From contig OZ242383.1 of the NCBI GenBank assembly GCA_965209155.1, positions 1,632,001 through 1,696,000 of the forward strand: a stretch of DNA of 64,000 bases, in the 5' to 3' direction. Position numbers and translations under genes: made by a program. The number at the start of each line of letters is the position of its first letter. Positions within the stretch are counted from its first letter, which is position 1. Source of the DNA: a bacterium. GTDB lineage: Bacteria; SAR324; NAC60-12. The notes under the pieces are model-generated. The model saw only the letters and a list, made by a program, of their open reading frames with translations. It did no database searches and was not told the origin of the DNA. Below are positions 10,243 to 19,508 of the stretch, piece after piece.

Positions 10243-11967
10243 ATGAATCTGAAAAAAACATTTTCTTTAGGCCTGACCTTGTTGGTAGGGGCCATCCTGG
10301 CAGGCAGTGTGTCTGCCCAAAAATATGGCGGAACATTAGTTATATCAACTCAATCGGATGTGGGTTTTGATCCGGCGGGAGACGGGAGCAGAAATATCGG
10401 TAGTCACGCTGGTCATGATTATGTGATAACAGCAGATGTCACAAAAGGACCGTATGGTGACGGCACCTATGGTTTTAACGTCACGGGGACACCTTATGGA
10501 GCCTGGGCGCCCAGCGTGGCCGAATCCTGGGAAGCAACTCCAAACAAAATAGTCTATCATCTGAGAAAGGGCATTAAATTCCGCAATAAAGCCCCAGTCA
10601 ATGGTCGAGAACTGGATGCTCATGATGTCCTCGCAACCTGGAATGCGGCAATTGCAATCCCCGGCACATTATCGAGTGGGGAACAAGACAAGTATAAATG
10701 GACTGTCCTCGATAAATATACCATTCAAGTGGAATGGATAAACCCTACACTGGAATATGATAAAATAGGTGAAATTGTCGGTGCTTCTTGGGGTCTTATC
10801 CCAAAGGAGATTGAGAAAGGCACCAATCGTAATGACTGGAGGAATACCTACGGATCCGGGCCATTTTACCCAACAAAATATGTCGAAGGCAGTGTCACTG
10901 AATTTGAAAAAAACCCGGACTACTGGGCGACAGATCCGATAAATCCTGGAAATTCTATCCCCTATCTGGATAAGGTGAGATTAGTCAAAATGGATGAAGT
11001 GGCAATGAAAGCTGGACTCGCAACAGGCAAAATTGACACTACTTTTACTCAATTTTACTTGAGCCGAAGTGACGAGAAAGACCTCATGAATTCCAACCCT
11101 GATTTAGTGACGGCAAGGGGTCCCATCCGAAATCAAATGCTTAACTTCAACATTACCAGGAAACCTTTTAGTGACCAACGTGTCCGCCGGGCAGTCATGC
11201 TGGCCATCCCACACGAGGAAATGAACGAAAGTTTGTATGATGGTACCGGCTTATGGCCAGCATATCCTACCTTTGCGGGCACGGCGCCCTTTCATATTTC
11301 ATTAGAACAAATGGAAAAAGAACGCCCGGATCTCGCCAGGATGTGGGGATACGATCCGGAGGAAGCTAAAAGACTGTTGGCCGAGGCTGGTTATCCGAAT
11401 GGTTTTAAGACCAATATCATTACGCGGACGGAGTTTGGCTCTGCGGAAACTTCGGAAGCCGTTGCACTCTATCTTTCCCAGGTTGGCATTGACATGGAGA
11501 TCAGAGTCGTGGATATGGCTAAAATGTATACTATGACCATGAATAAAGAACCTGATCCCAGCTACACGGATATGGCTTGGTCGGACAACGGATGCATAAA
11601 TTCGTTCTATTCGTGTCATTGGCAGATACACATGGATCCCCGTGGTCCGTTTCCTTGGTATGGACCCCATGAAAAGATTTTGAACAGTCAATATGGACAG
11701 GATTTTATCACAATGTATGATGATTTCCTGGCCGAAGATGACCCTCATGAGCATTACAGGAAATGGGTTGCATTAGCCATGTGGACGATGCAAGAAGTGT
11801 GGTCTGCCCCTCTCATGTACTTAACGGGCGCTCACTTTCAACAAAATTGGGTGCACCAACACAGTGGCGTTTTCTGGGATTCGTTGAATAATTTGCATAT
11901 GTTAAAATATACCTGGCTTGACTTGGATAAGAGAAAGCAGCAGAGCGGACGAGGCGCCAATGAGTAA
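10243..11967 (+). CDS. ABC transporter substrate-binding protein, family 5 (Opp/Dpp-like)
   Basis: Signal peptide MNLKKTFSLGLTLLVGAILAGSVSA/QKYGG; AESWE, LRKGIKF, GSGPF, RVRRAVMLAI, YDPEEAKRLLAEAGYPNGF. Confidence 0.92.
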   Translation: MNLKKTFSLGLTLLVGAILAGSVSAQKYGGTLVISTQSDVGFDPAGDGSRNIGSHAGHDYVITADVTKGPYGDGTYGFNVTGTPYGAWAPSVAESWEATPNKIVYHLRKGIKFRNKAPVNGRELDAHDVLATWNAAIAIPGTLSSGEQDKYKWTVLDKYTIQVEWINPTLEYDKIGEIVGASWGLIPKEIEKGTNRNDWRNTYGSGPFYPTKYVEGSVTEFEKNPDYWATDPINPGNSIPYLDKVRLVKMDEVAMKAGLATGKIDTTFTQFYLSRSDEKDLMNSNPDLVTARGPIRNQMLNFNITRKPFSDQRVRRAVMLAIPHEEMNESLYDGTGLWPAYPTFAGTAPFHISLEQMEKERPDLARMWGYDPEEAKRLLAEAGYPNGFKTNIITRTEFGSAETSEAVALYLSQVGIDMEIRVVDMAKMYTMTMNKEPDPSYTDMAWSDNGCINSFYSCHWQIHMDPRGPFPWYGPHEKILNSQYGQDFITMYDDFLAEDDPHEHYRKWVALAMWTMQEVWSAPLMYLTGAHFQQNWVHQHSGVFWDSLNNLHMLKYTWLDLDKRKQQSGRGANE

Positions 11968-11988
11968 TTCCTGAGTGTATGAACAAAC

Positions 11989-12027
11989 AAAAGGGAGGGA
12001 GTGTTCTTCATTCCCTCCTTTTTTTTC
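11989..12027 (+). terminator. Stem-loop/terminator after the SBP gene
   Basis: AAAAGGGAGGGAGTG...CATTCCCTCCTTTTTTTT. Confidence 0.7.
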
Positions 12028-12073
12028 AATTGCGCAATTCGCATTTTCCGAATCCGCATGGGTATAAAATATC

Positions 12074-13030
12074 ATGATGCTAAGCTATATCATCAGGAGA
12101 GTGGTCATCATGATTCCTACCTTGATCCTGGTCTCCATCATCGTTTTCATGGGCTTGCGTTTCATTCCAGGGGACGTCGTGGACCTGATGGTATCGCAGG
12201 CTTCGTTCGGATCTGCAGGGATTAGTCGTGAAGAGATAAAAATATATCTGGGGATGGACTTACCCGTTCACGAGCAGTATCTCAAGTGGATAGGTGGAGT
12301 ACTTCGAGGTGATTTTGGCGAGTCCCTTTGGACAAGGACGCCTGTCAACGACAATTTGCTGAGTGGCCTACCCGTCTCCCTGGAACTGGGTTTTATGGCT
12401 GTTTTCCTCTCCCTGGCCATTGCCATCCCGGTGGGAGTCCTTGCCGGCATCCGGCCGGAATCAAAGCTGGATTATCTTTTGCGCAGTGTTGCCATCTTCC
12501 TGGTCTGCATTCCGGATTTCTGGCTGGCAACCATGATCGTGATCTACCCCGCTATCTGGTGGAATGTCTCACCGAGCCTGGTTTATATTTTTTTCTGGGA
12601 GGACCCCCTTGGCAATCTGGGCATGGTCTTCCTGCCGGCTCTGGTCCTGGGATTTGCGTTTTCCGGGATGATCATGAGGCTGACCCGTAATTTGGTCATC
12701 GAGGAAATGGGGCAGGATTATGTGCGGACGGCCAGGTCCAAGGGACTGAAGGCGAGAGTCGTGGTACTGCGTCATGTGCTCAAGAACACACTGATCCCGG
12801 TGGTCACCGTGGTGGGGATTCAGCTCCCCTTCGTCATTGGGGGGGCTGTGGTGGTCGAGAGCATCTTTGGTTTACCGGGATTGGGGAAGATGATGGTAGA
12901 ATCGATCAACACTCGGGATTATCCGATCATTTCGGGCATCAATATCATTCTGGCAACGGTGGTGCTGAGCGTCAATTTGCTCGTTGATATCAGCTACGCC
13001 TGGCTCGATCCACGGATACGTTATAAATAG
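12074..13030 (+). CDS. ABC permease (DppB/OppB-like)
   Basis: IPGDVV, DYVRTARSKGL, RHVLKN, RDYP, LDPRIRY. Confidence 0.93.
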   Translation: MMLSYIIRRVVIMIPTLILVSIIVFMGLRFIPGDVVDLMVSQASFGSAGISREEIKIYLGMDLPVHEQYLKWIGGVLRGDFGESLWTRTPVNDNLLSGLPVSLELGFMAVFLSLAIAIPVGVLAGIRPESKLDYLLRSVAIFLVCIPDFWLATMIVIYPAIWWNVSPSLVYIFFWEDPLGNLGMVFLPALVLGFAFSGMIMRLTRNLVIEEMGQDYVRTARSKGLKARVVVLRHVLKNTLIPVVTVVGIQLPFVIGGAVVVESIFGLPGLGKMMVESINTRDYPIISGINIILATVVLSVNLLVDISYAWLDPRIRYK

Positions 13031-13129
13031 TTGTCAGTTTTCTGCTGTCAGCTCTCAGTGTTGTGAACGCGAACGGTAGTGCCGGCCTCGTTAGGTCACC
13101 CTACCGTATCAACATGATAAAAAATAGAA

Positions 13130-14053
13130 ATGACAAGCAAAACCGTATCATCACCAGACACACTTCCGGCCAGAAAAAGTGCCTCAATCACCTTTCTCTC
13201 CCGGCTCTTTCGTGAGAAAAAACTCGGGGCCATCGGCTTGATCATCGTGGTGGTGTTTTTACTGGTGGGCATTTTCGCGGACTTCCTGGCTCCCTATGGG
13301 ATGATGGAGTTTGATATGAGAAACCGTTTGAAGGGACCCATGCCGGGGCATTGGATGGGAACCGACCATTTTGGACGAGACCTTTTGAGCCGGGTCATCT
13401 ACGGCGCTCGGATTTCCATGGTGGTGGGTCTCTCCGCTTGCGGGATCCTGATTCTCATCTCCACAAGTGTTGGCCTGCTTTCCGGGTATGTCGGGGGCGT
13501 TGTGGATTTGGTCACCCAGCGCTTCGTGGACGCCTGGCTTTCCTTACCCGGGTTATTTGTGATTCTGACCGTGATGACTACCCTGGGGGCCGGGATGCCT
13601 CAGACCATTGGAGTATTGGGCGCCTTTTGGGGAATTGCCAACATTCGCACGGTACGAGGGGTGGTCTTGAGTGCCAGGGAGAACGTGTATGTGGAAGCGG
13701 CCCGGGCAGTGGGCGGTTCCACCTGGCGCATCCTTATCAAACATATCCTGCCCCAGATTTGGGCACCATTGATTGTGGTGTATACCGTCTCCCTGGGGGG
13801 AATTATCATCTCCGAAGCCGTCATCAGTTACCTCGGATTTGGCATTCCTCCCCCGCAACCCAGCTGGGGGGGGATGCTCAGCCTGGAAGGTCAGAAATAT
13901 ATGTTGGAGCAGCCCTGGTTGGCCTTCTGGCCGGGTCTGGCCCTGGCCATCGTGATTTACGGGGTTAACATGCTCGGGGATGCCATGCGCGACCTGCTCG
14001 ACCCTCGTTTACGCGGCAAAGTAGGCCGTTTGGGTTTACCGAATAAACGCTAA
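13130..14053 (+). CDS. ABC permease (DppC/OppC-like)
   Basis: HWMGTDHFGRDLLSRVIYGARISM, YVEAARAVG, PSWGGML, GDAMRDLLDPR. Confidence 0.93.
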   Translation: MTSKTVSSPDTLPARKSASITFLSRLFREKKLGAIGLIIVVVFLLVGIFADFLAPYGMMEFDMRNRLKGPMPGHWMGTDHFGRDLLSRVIYGARISMVVGLSACGILILISTSVGLLSGYVGGVVDLVTQRFVDAWLSLPGLFVILTVMTTLGAGMPQTIGVLGAFWGIANIRTVRGVVLSARENVYVEAARAVGGSTWRILIKHILPQIWAPLIVVYTVSLGGIIISEAVISYLGFGIPPPQPSWGGMLSLEGQKYMLEQPWLAFWPGLALAIVIYGVNMLGDAMRDLLDPRLRGKVGRLGLPNKR

Positions 14054-14072
14054 AAATGAATAAGGAGATCCC

Positions 14073-15110
14073 ATGAAAGCTGCGATAATACTTAAGGACG
14101 GAAAAATTGAGATTCAGGATCTGCCCACCCCAACCCCGGGGGACGAAGAGGCGCGCATCCGCATCACCGCAGCAGGCGTTTGCCACTCCGACGTGCACAT
14201 CGTGCGCGGCGACTGGGCGGGGTTTCCATCTCGATTTCGGTCAGGAGTGTTCGGGCACGAGGCCATTGGCATTGTCGAAGAACTCGGGCCAGGCGCCGAG
14301 CGCTATGTCGCTGTGGGCGACCGGGTCTTCACGGGGTTCGGTGGCATGGGTGGTGCCTACTGGTGCGGCGCCTGCGAGTTCTGCCTGGGCGGCGAACCGC
14401 GCCACTGCTCCCAGGCCAAGGGCCTCAATGGCACCTTCGCTGAGCAGTTCTGCGTGTGGGCCAAGGCGCTCGTAATACTGCCGGACACGGTGGGTGATGA
14501 AGAAGCAGGGCTCTCCTGTGGCGGCCTCACGGCGTATGGCGCCGTCAAGAAACTCTTCAAGCACCACATCCAGCCGGGACGTCACGTGGCGATCGTGGGT
14601 GCGGCCGGGGGCCTCGGCCACTACGCCGTCCAGGTCGCGACGACCTTCGGCTACAAGGTAGTGGGCATCGACGTCGGCGAGGAGCGGCTGAAGTTCGTCG
14701 AGTCGCTCGGCGCCAAGCTGGCCGTCAGTGCGGACGACGCCGTCGAAACCGTTCAGCAGTTCGGTGGTGTGGACGCCGCGATTGTGTTCTCGGCCTCCAT
14801 AGCCGGGTTCAAGCTCGGCTTACAAGTGCTGCGACCAAGCGGCCTGTTCGTGGCGTGTGGCATTCCCCCTACTAGCGAAGGCCACTTCGGACTGGACCCC
14901 TTCTTGTGGAACCAGAAAGGCGCGACCCTGGTCGCCTCGGTCGTCGGCAACGTGCAGGAGATGCGCGAGCTCGTCGACATGGTTGCGGCCGGAGACGTCA
15001 AGAGCCACATCGGCCGCCGCGGTCCGCTCTCGGAGCTGGATGCCATCTTGGATGAGCTCGAAGAAGGCAAATACCTGGGCCGCGCCGTCATCACCGACCT
15101 CGGCAGCTAG
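14073..15110 (+). CDS. Zn-dependent alcohol dehydrogenase (MDR family)
   Basis: GVCHSD, GHE, CGACEFC..C structural Zn site, GAAGGLG. Confidence 0.93.
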   Translation: MKAAIILKDGKIEIQDLPTPTPGDEEARIRITAAGVCHSDVHIVRGDWAGFPSRFRSGVFGHEAIGIVEELGPGAERYVAVGDRVFTGFGGMGGAYWCGACEFCLGGEPRHCSQAKGLNGTFAEQFCVWAKALVILPDTVGDEEAGLSCGGLTAYGAVKKLFKHHIQPGRHVAIVGAAGGLGHYAVQVATTFGYKVVGIDVGEERLKFVESLGAKLAVSADDAVETVQQFGGVDAAIVFSASIAGFKLGLQVLRPSGLFVACGIPPTSEGHFGLDPFLWNQKGATLVASVVGNVQEMRELVDMVAAGDVKSHIGRRGPLSELDAILDELEEGKYLGRAVITDLGS

Positions 15111-15277
15111 GATCTGCATGGCTTTGAAGACCCGGGAGGCGATCCACGGGTTCCAGTATAGAAAAGATAATATCGGGGTTTATTCGACAACTGCAATCTG
15201 GCCGATGCGGGTCGTTGTGATCTGTGTCTGCATAACTGCGCATTAAAAGTGCTACACACGAAAAAAGGAAAGAACAA

Positions 15278-15742
15278 ATGAGTGAAAAACTACCTGAAGA
15301 CGTCCTTTCGGGCGTAAAATTAATCAATTCGAATACCGCTGTGCTTGATCCTCTCGAGTACTCTGATGTCAATGTACTGGAAGGATCTCCGAAATCATCA
15401 ATAAAAATATTATGGGAATCTGAAGATGGATCATGTGTCACTGGTGTTTGGTCGTGTACTGAAGGAAGTTGGCTGGTCGAGTGGCCATGGGATGAAATGT
15501 GTTTTCTACTCGAGGGCGAATTGGAAGTCACAGAAGTTGACAGGAACAGCGATCATTCAGGACAAACCATACGAGTCAATCCAGGTGATCAATTTCATTT
15601 TGAAAAGGGGTCTAAAACGGTGTGGAATGTAATAAAACCTGTGAAAAAGATTATGTATATCAGACATAATTCCCCAATTGCGGATCAGGTATGGGAAGAA
15701 AACGAAGAATTCAAAGCGAACTATAAAAAAAATAAAAGATGA
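15278..15742 (+). CDS. Cupin domain protein (EutQ/DUF861-like)
   Basis: TGVWSCTEG..WPWDEMCFLLEGELEV..PGD..F.KG..VW. Confidence 0.8.
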   Translation: MSEKLPEDVLSGVKLINSNTAVLDPLEYSDVNVLEGSPKSSIKILWESEDGSCVTGVWSCTEGSWLVEWPWDEMCFLLEGELEVTEVDRNSDHSGQTIRVNPGDQFHFEKGSKTVWNVIKPVKKIMYIRHNSPIADQVWEENEEFKANYKKNKR

Positions 15743-15745
15743 GTC

Positions 15746-17827
15746 ATGATGACAAAAGAACCGCTCTGGCGTCCCAGTCCTCAACGCATTGCTGAAGCCC
15801 AAATGACGGCCTATCGTGCCTGGCTCAAGGAACACAAGGGGCTCCATTTCGATCATTACGAAGCCCTCTGGCAATGGTCAACCGAGGAGTTTGAAGCGTT
15901 TTGGGAAAGCATTTGGGAATATGGGGAGGTGATTAGCCATCGCCCCTACCAGAGGGTGGTCAATCAGCAAGAAATGCCGGGAGTGAGTTGGTTTGAGGGG
16001 GCCACGCTCAACTATGCCGAACACATCCTGGCCCCTGGCACTCAAGCAGAATCTGTGAATGCCCCCGCGATCGTGGCTGAGTCCGAGACTCGCCCCCGCG
16101 TGGAAGTGTCCTGGCAAAGCCTGCGTGAGCAAACAGGCGCCCTCACCGCCAGCTTGAAACAGCTTGGTCTCGAAATGGGCGACCGTGCTGTGGCCTATCT
16201 GCCCAACATCCCGGAAACGGCTGTGGCCATGTTATCTGTCAGCAGTTGCGGGGCAATTTGGTCAATGGCTTCCCCAGAAATGGGGATTGCCAGTGTGCTG
16301 GACCGATTCCATCAAATTGAGCCCAAGATTCTTTTCACCATCGACGGTTACCGTTACAAGGGAAAGGACTACGATAGGCGGGAAGTCGTGGTCGATCTCG
16401 TCAAACAACTGCCCTCGGTGGAAACCGTTATTTTTATTCCTTATCTCCATGCGTCCAATGAGTTGGACCTCAGTGCTGTGAGGGAAGGCAAACCGCCCCA
16501 AGTGGTTTCCTTTGCAGAGACCGTCAGCACACCTGCGAAACCTGATTTTACCCCGGTGCCCTTTGCTCACCCGCTGTGGATACTCTATTCCTCGGGCACC
16601 ACTGGTCCGCCCAAGGCCATCATCCATAGCCACGGTGGAATCGTCTTGCAAAATATCAAGTATATTAGATTACATTTAGACATAGGTCCTTCTGACCGTT
16701 TTTTTTGGTTTAGTTCCACCACCTGGGGCATGTGGAATTCTTTGATTACCACACTAATTTCCGGGGCCACCATCCTGCTGTTTGACGGCAATCCCGGTTA
16801 TCCTGATCTCAACACCCTGTGGCGATATGCCGAAAGAGAAAAAGCCACTTTTTATGGCACCAGCCCCACGTTTATTTCCTTATGTACGAAGGCTGGCATT
16901 ACGCCTGGAGCAAGTTTCGATTTGAGTTCTCTACGGACCGTGGGTTCCACCGGCTCCCCATTGTCAGAAGAAGGGTATCGTTGGATCTATGAAAAAGTGC
17001 ATCCTGATGTTCTACTGTTCTCTGTCACTGGCGGCACCGATTTTGGTGCCGGTTTCCTGAGCGCCTGCCCCATTCTTCCCGTCTATGCCGGAGAAATGTC
17101 TTGCAGAGAGCTGGGGGTGGCAACCTGCGTTTATGATGATAACGGCAAGCCCGTGATGGACGAAGTCGGAGAACTGGTGATGACGAAACCAATTCCCTGC
17201 CTGCCTATCGGGTTTTGGGGAGATCCAGAGGGTCGGCGATACTATGAAAGTTATTTCGACACCTTTCCTGGTGTATGGCGGCACGGGGACTGGCTGCAAT
17301 TGATTTCCCATCCAGAGGCCGTCGGAGGCATTGTATTCGGCCGCTCCGATGCCACGATCAACCGCCAAGGCATTCGTATGGGGAGCAGTGAGATTTATCG
17401 AGTGGTGGAATCCTTCCCTGAAGTGGCCGATTCCTTGGTGGTGGATTTGGAATATCTGGGCAAGCCCTCCTATCTCGCACTTTTTGTGGTCTTGACAGAC
17501 CCTGAAGCCGCCCCAATTCCCAGCCCTGAAGTCGCAGGCAAAGCATCGACAACGGAGAAACCCAGTCTGAGAGACACGGGAATGCCAGAAACCCTACGAA
17601 GCGGAATCATGAACAAAATTCGCACCCATCTCTCGGCTCGCCACGCCCCCAATGAGATCTTTGCGATTCAGGCGGTCCCTTACACGATCTCAGGTAAAAA
17701 AATGGAAGTCCCTGTCAAGAAAATTTTGTTGGGCAAGTCCGCCAATACCTCAGCCAACCGTGATGCCATGGGCAATCCGGAATCCATCGACTGGTTTGTT
17801 GAATTTGCTCGTGGTAGAAACTCTTGA
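15746..17827 (+). CDS. Acetoacetate--CoA ligase
   Basis: PLWRPS, WFEGATLNYAE, YSSGTTGPPKAIIH, GVWRHGDW, GRSDATINRQGIRMGSSEIY, SGKKMEVPVK. Confidence 0.92.
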   Translation: MMTKEPLWRPSPQRIAEAQMTAYRAWLKEHKGLHFDHYEALWQWSTEEFEAFWESIWEYGEVISHRPYQRVVNQQEMPGVSWFEGATLNYAEHILAPGTQAESVNAPAIVAESETRPRVEVSWQSLREQTGALTASLKQLGLEMGDRAVAYLPNIPETAVAMLSVSSCGAIWSMASPEMGIASVLDRFHQIEPKILFTIDGYRYKGKDYDRREVVVDLVKQLPSVETVIFIPYLHASNELDLSAVREGKPPQVVSFAETVSTPAKPDFTPVPFAHPLWILYSSGTTGPPKAIIHSHGGIVLQNIKYIRLHLDIGPSDRFFWFSSTTWGMWNSLITTLISGATILLFDGNPGYPDLNTLWRYAEREKATFYGTSPTFISLCTKAGITPGASFDLSSLRTVGSTGSPLSEEGYRWIYEKVHPDVLLFSVTGGTDFGAGFLSACPILPVYAGEMSCRELGVATCVYDDNGKPVMDEVGELVMTKPIPCLPIGFWGDPEGRRYYESYFDTFPGVWRHGDWLQLISHPEAVGGIVFGRSDATINRQGIRMGSSEIYRVVESFPEVADSLVVDLEYLGKPSYLALFVVLTDPEAAPIPSPEVAGKASTTEKPSLRDTGMPETLRSGIMNKIRTHLSARHAPNEIFAIQAVPYTISGKKMEVPVKKILLGKSANTSANRDAMGNPESIDWFVEFARGRNS

Positions 17828-17937
17828 TACCCTGCCGCCCATGGGTTTCAGGAAGGAACGGATTGGAAGAAAATGTAAAATGTCGTTTCTATGGTTCAAT
17901 ACTTCACATCCTAACGTAATGTGAGTTCTGGATAAGG

Positions 17938-18035
17938 TTACCCACCCCGTCCGCTCCGCGTCCACCCCTCCCAAGAGGGGATATGAAATTTTGCCTAGAA
18001 AGTCCCCTCCTTGGAGGGGATTTAGGGGTGGGTAA
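17938..18035. repeat. REP-like palindromic element (TTACCCACCCC...GGGGTGGGTAA with CCCCTCC/GGAGGGG stems)
   Basis: Terminal inverted repeat plus internal hairpins; related copy at 40736. Confidence 0.85.
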
Positions 18036-18109
18036 AAAAAAGGGAACTTCTCGAATCTACGAATTCTTTATTAATTTGAATAGGTATCCACCATGAAAGG
18101 AGAACAACC

Positions 18110-18988
18110 ATGAGCGATTTTGAATATATCAAGACGGACCACGTCGGTACCGATGGACGCGTCGGCCGTATCACCCTCAACCGACCGGAGAAAATGAACG
18201 CGCTCTCCGAGGAGTTGCTGTATGAACTGAACGAGGCGCTCCACGACATGGAGGCCGACAGCGACGTACGCGTGATAATCGTGCGCGGCGAAGGCAGAAC
18301 CTTCAGTGCAGGTTACGATCTCACGCCGTCGCGCGGGGGTGCGGACGCGGTCGTCCGCAGTCACAAGCAGCGAGACGCGAAAGATCGCCGGCTCCTGATG
18401 GGTCTCAGGACCGGCATGCAGCAGATCACCGATATCCACATGTATTTCTGGAATATGGCGAAGGTTACCATTGCGCAGGTGCACGGCTATGCGATTGCCG
18501 GCGGCTGCGAACTGGCGATGATGGCCGATCTTGTCGTTGCCGCCGAGGACGCACAACTCGGACACCCGGGAGTGCGCCTCGGTACCTCCCGAACCGGGGT
18601 TATCTGGCCACTCGTCATCGGCATGCGCAAGGCGAAGGAGTTGTATTACACGGGAGATAACGTCACCGGCAAGGAAGCGGAGGAGATCGGCATGATCAAC
18701 TACGCTTGGCCGCTTGAGGAACTGGACGAGAGAACCCTCGCGTTTGCCGACCGGCTCGCGATCATGTCCGCCGACCATCTCGCGATCCTCAAGGTCAACA
18801 TGAATCGCTTCTACGAGAACATGGGAATCTACTCGTCCGTGCGCAGCAGTACCGACCTCGACGCGATGGGACAGTGCACCGAGCGCACCTACCAGTACCA
18901 GGACATGATGCGCGAGCATGGGCTCAAGGACGCGCTGGCCTGGCGCGACGGACCGTTCAAAGGTAGTGATACCTACAAGAAGAAGTAG
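18110..18988 (+). CDS. Enoyl-CoA hydratase/isomerase family protein
   Basis: ITLNRPEKMNAL, FSAGYDL, AQVHGYAIAGGCELAMMADL. Confidence 0.92.
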   Translation: MSDFEYIKTDHVGTDGRVGRITLNRPEKMNALSEELLYELNEALHDMEADSDVRVIIVRGEGRTFSAGYDLTPSRGGADAVVRSHKQRDAKDRRLLMGLRTGMQQITDIHMYFWNMAKVTIAQVHGYAIAGGCELAMMADLVVAAEDAQLGHPGVRLGTSRTGVIWPLVIGMRKAKELYYTGDNVTGKEAEEIGMINYAWPLEELDERTLAFADRLAIMSADHLAILKVNMNRFYENMGIYSSVRSSTDLDAMGQCTERTYQYQDMMREHGLKDALAWRDGPFKGSDTYKKK

Positions 18989-18993
18989 CTCGG

Positions 18994-19026
18994 AAAGGGG
19001 TCAAGTATTAATTTGTCTTTTATTTT
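18994..19026 (+). repeat. 33-bp AAAGGGGTCAA..TATTAATTTGTCTTTTATTTT repeat, copy 1
   Basis: 32/33 identical to 22299-22331. Confidence 0.85.
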
Positions 19027-19030
19027 CTCG

Positions 19031-19321
19031 ATTGAAATGAAGGAGCGGGTCGTGATGATCTGGCACACCCTCAAAAATGCCCTCATCCCGGTTATCCCTC
19101 TGATCGGTCTGCAGTTGCCGATCCTGGTGGGGGGCGCCGTGATCATGGAGAACCTCTTCAACCTGCCGGGGCTCGGTCGTCTCCTGGTGAATGCCCTCAA
19201 TGACCGAGACTACCCGATGGTCTCCGGAGTCAACCTCTTTTTCGCCACCGGGGTGGTGGGGCTCAATCTCCTCATCGACCTGATTTATCCCTATCTGGAC
19301 CCGAGAGTGCGGTATGAATAA
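19031..19321 (+). pseudogene. 3' fragment of a DppB-like ABC permease
   Basis: KERVVMIWHTLKNALIPV...RDYPMV...LDPRVRYE; the N-terminal two thirds are missing. Confidence 0.85.
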
Positions 19322-19508
19322 GACCAGCGGGCGGTGCCTTCCCAAACACCCGCCATTTTTTTAACATAATGACCTCTGTGATGGGGGACTTCTGTGGTGG
19401 TTCCCTGTCTTCTGCCTTCCCTGTCCTGAAACCATGTCCAACCTTGCTTTTATATGATCTTCAATGGGGGTAAGCGCCATGAGATGGGATCCGTCTGTCA
19501 AAATCATA

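Noticed and set aside
18071..18919. 282-aa minus-strand ORF
   Set aside because: Antisense to the GC-rich crotonase gene; a typical stop-poor shadow frame.
14073..19321. Integron cassette array
   Set aside because: No integron integrase and no attC-like RYYYAAC/GTTRRRY-bounded sites recognised between the genes.
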